Shown here in pieces: positions 52,737 to 60,909 of a DNA stretch of 64,000 nt. The stretch lies in contig JBMOPW010000021.1 of NCBI GenBank assembly GCA_049322915.1, forward strand, positions 26,079 through 90,078. The letters run 5' to 3'. Below the pieces are notes generated by a model. That model saw only the letters and a list, made by a program, of their open reading frames with translations, was not told where the DNA came from and ran no database searches. Position 1 is the stretch's first letter. Every line of letters starts with the position of its first letter. This DNA is from Candidatus Zhuqueibacterota bacterium (lineage in GTDB: Bacteria > Zhuqueibacterota > Zhuqueibacteria > Thermofontimicrobiales > Thermofontimicrobiaceae). Both the position numbers and the translations under genes were made by a program.

Positions 52737-55322
52737 CTAATCACCCAATTTCCCACCAACTCTCCGCTCATCAATGAGCAGATAATGCAAATCCTCAATC
52801 GTCTGATGCACCAGGCTGCCAAAAAACATGGTCTGGGAGCGGGAAGGAACGAAGCCATATTTTTTGAATAGCATGTAGCTTCTGGGACACTGCAAATAGC
52901 CCAGGTAATCGCCCGTGTACGAATAGGTTCTACCCCGGTCTTCATCTGCAATCTGAAAATCAGGCAACAGATCGATATCGAAATCCTGCAACGTTGGCAG
53001 CTTTAATTCCCGCAATATCGTTTTAAACGGTTCTGATGTCCGCTGACCCCGCCCCTGGAAATGCGGAATGATGGTTAAATGTTTTGCCCGTGACAGCGCC
53101 ACATAGAACATGCGCATATTATCAAAATGGCTGATTCGATCCAGTGGCTCGCCCTCTTTTTTCAGCAAATCCCGCATAATCACTTCGACCATATCCGCAT
53201 CCCGTTCGGTTTTGAATACGCTGCCCAGCACCACGATGGGAAATTCCAGTCCTTTCGCCTGATGGATGGTCAGAAACGGCACCCTGCCTTTGGGAAAAGG
53301 GTCATCGACATACTCATGTTCCGATTCACCCAGCCGAAATAATGCATACGTAAATGAAGAAAAGAAGGCATGGATAAATTTGTTTTCAAACAGAAACGCT
53401 GCCGTGATCATTGGCGTCCGATCTTCCATAAACCTGACCAAATATTGCGTGATCAATCCCAGGTTACACACAGGTCCTTCGTCAATCCCTTCCTCAGCCA
53501 GGCGATAGCAATTTCTGAAATACTTGAATGCATTGAGCTGATAAAATAAATCCAGAATCGACCAATCCACCGAAGTGACCCGATTGATGATATATTCCAA
53601 CGAGTAAGGCTTGCCTGATTTTTCCTTCCGCTGGATCGCTTGAGAAAAATAATGACTTCCCAATGTTTTTTTGGTTTTTGCTGAAAGACCTGCAATATTG
53701 GCTAAGCTCCGAAGCCATTCTTGCTTGAAAGCATATTTGAGATTCCATTTTTTCCGCTCAACAAAATCAATCAGCTTTTCATAATCCGCCACAATCGTTG
53801 CAATCTCCCTTTGCTTATCGCTGATAAAATCTGCCAGCGCTTTATCCTCTGCAATCAGTTGCTCCGCTCTGGCAATACATTCCAGCGTCCAGTTTCTGAA
53901 TTGTTGCAAGCCCCGACTGGCAGCCCCCTGATGGCTTGGTCTGCCAAATATTTTGAAGAATAGCCCATAAACTACGATTGCTTCTTCCACTTCTAAAAAC
54001 CTTCCCGCCCGTGGCGCATAAACAGGAATGCCCAGTTTTTCCAATGCCGCCTTAAATCCTTGAACTCGAACACTTTCTTTCAGATAAGGAAATAGAAACG
54101 CCACCTGGTTATAATCTTCGATTTTACTTTTTTCTTTTAATTGCTGAACAAAACGAGCCACCTGCTCATAAATCTCGTCAGGACTGTTTGCCCCTGTTGA
54201 AATAACGGCTGGAATTTCTTCTTGATTATGCGATTCAATTTTTTTATTCTGGACCCGATAAAATCCCTTGCCATCTTTTTTTGACCAATCGGTTCGTTCA
54301 ATAAAATCCGTATAAAATTCCACGATTTTTTTCTTTGACCGATAATTGATATTCAAGTCTATTCGCCTGGGTTGAGCCTGTAAATACTTTACACAACGAT
54401 TCTCAAACTCAACCAGATTCTCGACGGTAGCGCCTCGAAACCGATACAGCGCCTGATCATCATCACCAACCACACAAATATTTTTGGACTTCTTTGCCAA
54501 CTCAAAAAACAACTTCTCCTGAATCGTATTGGTATCCTGGTATTCATCGATAATGATATGCTTAAAAACATCCTGGCAACCTTTAAAAACACAAATTGTA
54601 GTGTATGCCTGCTGTTGCAGCAAGGAGAAATCAACCGAGCCAATTCCATTGCCCGAGCTCTTCAATGAATATTTATAAAAATCATACATCGTCAACAATG
54701 CTTCAAGCGTTTCATGGTTGGGATTTACTGTCCCAGGCATCACGCATTCTTCGGAAAATCGATTGAATAGTTTAATCACATTCAAAACGGCTTCATGTCT
54801 GGAATAGTGGTCGTTCCCGGAAAAATACTGATTAATGGCACGCTGTGCCGTTTCCTCATCATCCTGCCCAGCAGCTTTAAGCAAATCAATCCAGAAACCA
54901 CGATTATAGATTTTGAAATATTGAGATAACTCATCCAGTAAAATTGGAGCTTTACGTCTCGATGAATGGGGGGCAAATCTGCGGTCGCTCAAAATTTTCT
55001 GGCAAATGGAATGTACTGTTCCAATGGACATCCTGGCGATATCGTAAGGCTTGCCCGTCTCATTGGTCACCAGCCCAAGTAGACTTCGCAATCCTTCCTT
55101 CAATTGTAAGGCAGCTTTCTCCGTAAACGTGCTGAGAAAAATTTCTTCTGGCTTGATATCATGAAACACAATCAAATTCAGCGTCCGCCACAATAACACC
55201 CGTGTCTTTCCCGATCCAGGTCCCGCCGTCAGAAACAGCGGTCCCTCCACATGAAGAATTGCATCCCTTTGTTTTTGATTCGGCTGGAATTTTTTGATTT
55301 GCCAGAGCTGTTCGATAGTCAT
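52737..55322 (-). CDS. UvrD/PcrA-like SF1 helicase ending in the N-terminal piece of a PD-(D/E)XK_1 domain
   Basis: AGPGSGKT, TFTEKAA, IDEYQDTN, VGDDDQ..YRFRGA, NYRS, TIHQAKGLEF and FYVALSRA motifs; tail YSYT....YLQCPR.Y......FGSLVH..IE. Confidence 0.92.
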   Translation of the reverse strand: MTIEQLWQIKKFQPNQKQRDAILHVEGPLFLTAGPGSGKTRVLLWRTLNLIVFHDIKPEEIFLSTFTEKAALQLKEGLRSLLGLVTNETGKPYDIARMSIGTVHSICQKILSDRRFAPHSSRRKAPILLDELSQYFKIYNRGFWIDLLKAAGQDDEETAQRAINQYFSGNDHYSRHEAVLNVIKLFNRFSEECVMPGTVNPNHETLEALLTMYDFYKYSLKSSGNGIGSVDFSLLQQQAYTTICVFKGCQDVFKHIIIDEYQDTNTIQEKLFFELAKKSKNICVVGDDDQALYRFRGATVENLVEFENRCVKYLQAQPRRIDLNINYRSKKKIVEFYTDFIERTDWSKKDGKGFYRVQNKKIESHNQEEIPAVISTGANSPDEIYEQVARFVQQLKEKSKIEDYNQVAFLFPYLKESVRVQGFKAALEKLGIPVYAPRAGRFLEVEEAIVVYGLFFKIFGRPSHQGAASRGLQQFRNWTLECIARAEQLIAEDKALADFISDKQREIATIVADYEKLIDFVERKKWNLKYAFKQEWLRSLANIAGLSAKTKKTLGSHYFSQAIQRKEKSGKPYSLEYIINRVTSVDWSILDLFYQLNAFKYFRNCYRLAEEGIDEGPVCNLGLITQYLVRFMEDRTPMITAAFLFENKFIHAFFSSFTYALFRLGESEHEYVDDPFPKGRVPFLTIHQAKGLEFPIVVLGSVFKTERDADMVEVIMRDLLKKEGEPLDRISHFDNMRMFYVALSRAKHLTIIPHFQGRGQRTSEPFKTILRELKLPTLQDFDIDLLPDFQIADEDRGRTYSYTGDYLGYLQCPRSYMLFKKYGFVPSRSQTMFFGSLVHQTIEDLHYLLIDERRVGGKLGD

Positions 55323-55447
55323 TTTTGGTTTTATTTTATAATTTGGTCATTTAGTCTACAAAATAATATTGGCAAATGTGGTGAATTGCAAAAATAATCA
55401 GGATATTGTTTAAAGAAATAAGGCAAAATTAAAGATCATTGGTAAAT

Positions 55448-57229
55448 TTATAAAATGCGTTTTTTTGCTAATTCATCTTTTAATATATTTGATTTTGGAC
55501 ACTCTTTTACAATATCCCATAATTGTAGCCATTCTTCTTTTTGCCAACAAGGATATGCATCTACTTTGATAAGTGAAATCAAGAAATCAAGGAATTCATC
55601 AGTTTCTCGATGTGCAAACTTTACTTTTGTAAGGTCATCAGCAAAAGTACCAACATGTTCAATCTTTTCTGGCGAAAAATCTATAGCTAATCTAACAGCC
55701 TTCTTAAAAATGCCATAGGAAAAGGGAATTAATCGCCAGAAATCAATTCTTAAATCATTTCCGTCTGGTAAACTGAAAAAACCTTGTTGTGTTGACCATT
55801 TCCAATAAGGCAAAAGCACTTGCTGCCAAATCTGCTCAGCTAATGCCGCATTTGCATTTTTAAGTTTATCTTCCCAAGCATCTATTAATAATCTTCTCCC
55901 ATTTTGATCGATTAAGCTTGATATTAGATAAAGATTTTCAAGTTTTGTTTTCTGCACCCAAAAAATATAAGCATTATGATAAATAAACCCGTTTCTTACT
56001 TGTTCATTGAATTGATCATATTGATTTACTATCTTCAAATAAGTATCATCGTATAGCTTAATAATCTCTTTTGATAATACGTTACTCCAAAGGTAACCTG
56101 TCCATGCCAAAAGATTTTGTTCAGTTACTTCTTCTGATAGAAAAAGCGGTAATAGTTTGTTAATAGTCCACTCAGGTTCAACCGCTTCAAACCAACTTAG
56201 GTATTGCGTGGTGAGACAAAGTCCGTAACGAGAACCTTTGTTATAATTATTGATGATATATTCAAAAAAATCTAATAGATTCCAAGGAATTACTAAATGT
56301 TCCTCGTTCTTTCTCTTTTCATTAACGATTTTCATTGCATATTTTAAATAAATTTGAGTCATTGTACCAAAAGGATGATTAAGAGCATCTGTCATCCAAT
56401 CCGTTCTTGAATTTATCCCCCTCCTATCAAAATCAAAGTCTGTAAATATATCACGACACAATTTATAAAATTCAGGCCAATCATCAGGATTTTTATCACG
56501 AATATCGTACCATCTTTCGAGGAGTGTTGGTATACTATGCCAGAATTTGCCTTCTGGGCGGCTTTTCATTAATACCGCTAATATCTCAATAAACTCTTCT
56601 ATTTGGCTATTTTCCCATTTGATCTCTTTTTTTTCTAAATCTGGTCTCAAATCCCAAATGATAGGATTCATAATATCATCAGGAAAATCTTTTAATTTTG
56701 ATTTGATTTTATTAAATAATGTTTTACAGAAGTTGAAGTCATTAGAACATCGATATCCAACTCTTCCCGCATATTCATATAAATCATGACTGGAAACATT
56801 TTTTAATTGTAGCAGAAAATCAAGAATCTCATCTGGATTCATTGAGTTAATATCTTTATCCTGTGATAGCCCATATTTGTATTCTGTTTTATTTTTTTTA
56901 AAATTTTCTTTCTTCCATTCTGGGTGTCTTTTTAGTATATCTTGAAATTTCAGTTCGGACTCATTTGGGATTTTATATTTTGCAGCCTTTAATTCACTTA
57001 ATGTGTCATAGATTATATACTCATAAAATTCATCAGTTTCTTTTTCTTCAGTACCAACTTCAATTTCCTTTGATAATCCTAAGTTGATTTTAGAAAGAAG
57101 CTTTTCTCTTAATTCAGGATATCTTTCAAACGCTTGTTTAAAGAGTTCTTTTGCTTCTTGATGAGTTTCTAAATCCCAGAAAAGATTATCTGTGAATAAT
57201 ATATCTATTATCTCTTGTTTATTTAACAT
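55448..57229 (-). CDS. Helical protein resembling the C-terminal half (DUF4020-like) of DSR1-type sirtuin defence proteins
   Basis: W...T..E, DWMTDALNHPFG, WT...LLPLF and AW.GYLW patterns; overlaps the SIR2 ORF by 11 nt. Confidence 0.65.
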   Translation of the reverse strand: MLNKQEIIDILFTDNLFWDLETHQEAKELFKQAFERYPELREKLLSKINLGLSKEIEVGTEEKETDEFYEYIIYDTLSELKAAKYKIPNESELKFQDILKRHPEWKKENFKKNKTEYKYGLSQDKDINSMNPDEILDFLLQLKNVSSHDLYEYAGRVGYRCSNDFNFCKTLFNKIKSKLKDFPDDIMNPIIWDLRPDLEKKEIKWENSQIEEFIEILAVLMKSRPEGKFWHSIPTLLERWYDIRDKNPDDWPEFYKLCRDIFTDFDFDRRGINSRTDWMTDALNHPFGTMTQIYLKYAMKIVNEKRKNEEHLVIPWNLLDFFEYIINNYNKGSRYGLCLTTQYLSWFEAVEPEWTINKLLPLFLSEEVTEQNLLAWTGYLWSNVLSKEIIKLYDDTYLKIVNQYDQFNEQVRNGFIYHNAYIFWVQKTKLENLYLISSLIDQNGRRLLIDAWEDKLKNANAALAEQIWQQVLLPYWKWSTQQGFFSLPDGNDLRIDFWRLIPFSYGIFKKAVRLAIDFSPEKIEHVGTFADDLTKVKFAHRETDEFLDFLISLIKVDAYPCWQKEEWLQLWDIVKECPKSNILKDELAKKRIL

Positions 57230-59120
57230 AACCGCCTTCTATCAGTTTTTTCAAAGCAAAAATACTAAGTCGCTTAAAGTATGGATCCTTAATTTGCTGC
57301 CACATTTGATAAACTAAAATTGCTTTTTCTACATTCAGTTCTATTAGGATTTTCCATACTTCTACAATGGTGTCTATAACAAGATCAATTGCAGTATGGG
57401 AATAAGTTTCGCCGACTTCAATATTAGGCCTTCTGATGTAAGTATACGATCGTGGTTTAAAACGTTCTAGAGTAATCTGAAAGTCTCTTAATTTGTTTGT
57501 CAGATGAACAAGAAGTTGATATCCCAATCTTGTGACATTTGGCTTGAAAAATCGTTCATAGTATTCTTTGAAATAGTAATCCTGCATTTGTCCAATATAT
57601 TCTACTTCTGCTTCAATTTTAGATGTTATCTCTTTATCATCACCTGTTTCTTCTGCATAGATTGATTCAAATGACCTTCTAATTTTAATTTCAACTTTCA
57701 AAATTGAGATAAGTAGCCATATAGCATCATCATAAAGATTAAATTCAATTAGTAGCTTAAAGAAATTTTCCATTCTATGAAAATAAAGAGCATTTTTATT
57801 ATTTTGAATAGAAACTTTGAATAGCTCTACTATTTTCCTCAAATCGTATTTCATAATATTTAAATTGTCTTTATCTAATAGCCTGGAAAATGTATCGAAT
57901 AAAATTGGATGCATAGTTTCATGAAAGGGAGATAATTTTAAAATCCATTTATCAACATCGCTTATAATAAATCCAATTATCTTTTCTGCTAAGAAATAGT
58001 CAAGTTCTTTTAAATTCTCATGTTGTTTTAGTATATTTTCTAAATAGCCTCGGCTAAGAAATATATCAAACCAACCTTCATGCAAATCAAATTGTGCAAA
58101 ATCACGTAGTAATTCTGGAGTTTTGAAATATAGTAACGCACGTGTATATTTATCATTAGGTAGTTCGGTCGGATTACTTTTTGCAATTTCTGATAACACA
58201 TTTCGACGATCGATAAATCCCCTTCTATTATCTTCTCCCCATGCAACAAGAGTTCTCTCTAAGGCTCTATGGTCTATCTTTCTTTTAATTTTTTTAATTG
58301 GATAAAAAATTGGATAAACACCACGACGTCTCCAATCTAACTCAATCTCATTAATATTATCTTCTTTAGGAATCAACGCCCACTTCGGTTTAATATCTTT
58401 CGCACCTTGCGATTTTGAGCCTTCAAGTGCAAGTGATAAGTATCTTAAAGGGGGATCGTTTAAGCTGTATCCAATGAATAAGATAGCGTAGTGCTTAAAT
58501 AACTCGTGTGCAAATTTTAAAGCCCATCCTTCATCCATATAGGCTCTGCCAATATCTTTATCAGATAATATCATTTCTTCTGGATTTGAAACATGTCCAT
58601 GTAAATAGCCTATCCCCTTAAATCTTATGGCTGGTGGAAAGGAGGGTGCTTCATGAATTACCCATTTTTCATTGTTTAAATATTCCGATTCATCAATAGC
58701 ACGATTTAATAAGTTATCAAAATTTGTCGTTATAATCCGTGGTGTTGATTCTCTTGGGAAAAGATTTACTATTGCTTTGTGTAGTACTATTCGCTTTCGT
58801 TGCTCATCTTTACTTAGTATTTCAGCAGCAGTTTGATGAATAGGCTTATGTTGATCGTTCCATATTCCTAAAACTTGATCGTACAATTTTCTATTAAATA
58901 GTTTTTTTTCATTATCATTAGTTTTTATAGCCAGCTTTTCTTGAATTTGATTGCATAGTTCTTTAAATGTTGGATAAAAAGTATTGGGTCTTTGTTGTGG
59001 ATCAGCTCTTGTAGAAATCCCAGCTCCAACAAAAATGACGAGTTCATCCTTCGATAAAGCATTTATCAAATCAATTGGCAAGCCAACATTATCTTCTGTG
59101 TAAGTAACGGTGTTTAGCAT
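57219..59120 (-). CDS. SIR2-domain NADase, DSR1-like N-terminal half
   Basis: LVIFVGAGIS, IITTNFD, YLHG, D.GRAY..EGWA..F and LFIGYSLNDP motifs. Confidence 0.88.
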   Translation of the reverse strand: MLNTVTYTEDNVGLPIDLINALSKDELVIFVGAGISTRADPQQRPNTFYPTFKELCNQIQEKLAIKTNDNEKKLFNRKLYDQVLGIWNDQHKPIHQTAAEILSKDEQRKRIVLHKAIVNLFPRESTPRIITTNFDNLLNRAIDESEYLNNEKWVIHEAPSFPPAIRFKGIGYLHGHVSNPEEMILSDKDIGRAYMDEGWALKFAHELFKHYAILFIGYSLNDPPLRYLSLALEGSKSQGAKDIKPKWALIPKEDNINEIELDWRRRGVYPIFYPIKKIKRKIDHRALERTLVAWGEDNRRGFIDRRNVLSEIAKSNPTELPNDKYTRALLYFKTPELLRDFAQFDLHEGWFDIFLSRGYLENILKQHENLKELDYFLAEKIIGFIISDVDKWILKLSPFHETMHPILFDTFSRLLDKDNLNIMKYDLRKIVELFKVSIQNNKNALYFHRMENFFKLLIEFNLYDDAIWLLISILKVEIKIRRSFESIYAEETGDDKEITSKIEAEVEYIGQMQDYYFKEYYERFFKPNVTRLGYQLLVHLTNKLRDFQITLERFKPRSYTYIRRPNIEVGETYSHTAIDLVIDTIVEVWKILIELNVEKAILVYQMWQQIKDPYFKRLSIFALKKLIEGGYVK

Positions 59121-59761
59121 TGTTTTTTCAGTAAGTTAAACTGCAAAATATTTTTTTAATTGAATTTAGTGATACTTTTCACCATAATTATTTTTCTACC
59201 TCTTTTACTATAATAATAAATACTTTTGTAACATCTTCAAAAGAGAAATAACAAAGAAAAAAATGTTGTGGTTCCAATTTTTTTTAAAAGGAAAAAGTAC
59301 AAAATGTCTATTATAAATGCCAATAAGGTAACAATTTTTTCAAACATATCCGCAGGGAAAGTATAAGTAGGTTTATAAATTGCATGTTATCAGGAATTAA
59401 ATGTATATTGTTTTTACTAAATAATAATAATACAATGAGATTATAACCAGGAAGAATAGGTATGAAAAAAAGAGTATATCTAATAGCTTTATCAAACAAT
59501 CCGATCAATTAATAATTTATAAGAAATATACTAAAATGAAATTATGAATTCAACAAATAAATATTAGTGTTTTGCAATATATTATTATATTACCGTAACA
59601 AATTAATTATAGTTCTCATATTTAAATTACGGTTTTTCAAAATTCAATATATTTCAATTCAATTTTATCATTTCAAATTTAAGCTTGATTTTTTAACTCA
59701 TATTGGTTAACTTTTGTACAGTAATTCAATAAGGTATTTAAAATCACAACGGAGAGAAAAC

Positions 59762-59983
59762 ATGGATTGCAAAAACGGCTTCCACAGAATAAGAGTTGTT
59801 AAGGACCGCGGCGATATCTATTATACCATTTGCGTGAACTGTGGAGAGAGAAAATCATGGAAAAGAAATCTGAACGCCATTGAAGACCTTGCATGGATTA
59901 AAAATTTGAAAGCCAAATCAGGCTATACAAAAATCCCTTTGCTTGGCATGAATTATTACAGGGACACACCAGCCGCCAATTAA
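59762..59983 (+). CDS. Small basic Zn-ribbon-like protein (73 aa)
   Basis: GGAGAG RBS; C-x4-H...CxxC (MDCKNGFH...ICVNCG). Confidence 0.6.
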   Translation: MDCKNGFHRIRVVKDRGDIYYTICVNCGERKSWKRNLNAIEDLAWIKNLKAKSGYTKIPLLGMNYYRDTPAAN

Positions 59984-60014
59984 AACATAGTTGCCTGAAA
60001 TCTGTAAAATAAAG

Positions 60015-60618
60015 CAACCAGCGGCATCATTCAAAAAAACAGCAGGAAGCCGAGCACGTGAGAAACGTTTTTTTGATTCATGCCTTAGTACATCACCTGA
60101 CCTTTTATGCAGATTGTCACTGTAGGAACAAAAACATCCTATTGCATAGCATGTTTTTGTCTTATTCCATTGTATAACTATCGGGATATTCCTGGCGCGT
60201 TTACCAACATAAGGATCAAAACGATCCCCATCAGCCTGACAGTTATCCGAAGTGCAGAGAACCAACCAGCGGCATCATTCAGAAAAACAGCAGGAAGCCA
60301 AGCGAGAAGAATCGTTTTTCAGAATCATGCCTTGGCACAATATCAAACAAAGGTGCACATTATTACTGAAGGATTAAAAACATAAAGCTGTAAAAAGCAC
60401 AGCTTAATGTTTTTATCTTTCTGAATCAGATTTCTTTCAGGTGAAGTAAATTTTAAAAAAGGAAGACAAATAAAAACCGACCATACGCCACGAGAACGCT
60501 AACCTCTTTTTGGTCATTCGGTAAAACAGGAAAGCAACACATCTTCCAGGAACGCTCCAGCCTGCTCAGAAAAACAGCGCGAAGCCCAGCAGGTGAGAAT
60601 GTTTTCCTGCATCAGGCT
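60015..60618. repeat. Three dispersed ~60 nt hairpin repeats plus two secondary hairpins (structured non-coding region)
   Basis: A1 60023-60084, A2 60271-60331 and A3 60559-60618 share a loop (AACAGC..GAAGCC.AGC...AGAA). B1 60128-60160 and B2 60375-60415 share an AAAAACAT/ATGTTTTT stem. Confidence 0.85.
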
Positions 60619-60909
60619 TCCGCGTCCTTCCAGATGTTATCGGGAATGGATACAACTCAAAATCAGCCAACACCAACCATCCGCGCATTATGGAACGTGA
60701 GGAGAAGAAATTACGCTCATCATCGTTCGGCGGCAATAAGGTGGCCTCCCAACAACCCAGCATCCCAACCCAACAGGTCTTTCCGCTCCCAACACAACCC
60801 CACACAACCCATCGCTCTACCCGCCCTCAGTCCCGCCGCCTCTCGTTGTTTCGCTGCATTTCTTTAATGTCCATTTATAACGTGACGTTATATCATTTAT
60901 TAGTAATTT

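Noticed and set aside
52737..55322. Gabija GajB
   Set aside because: No OLD/TOPRIM ATPase GajA next to it; the helicase is longer and paired with a PD-(D/E)XK nuclease.
59311..59508. 65 aa hydrophobic ORF upstream of SIR2
   Set aside because: TTG start in very AT-rich DNA; may be a gene remnant but cannot be supported.
60015..60618. CRISPR array or type III TA antitoxin array
   Set aside because: Units are ~60-75 nt, diverged and separated by 190-230 nt; no cas or ToxN/AbiQ-like gene is adjacent.
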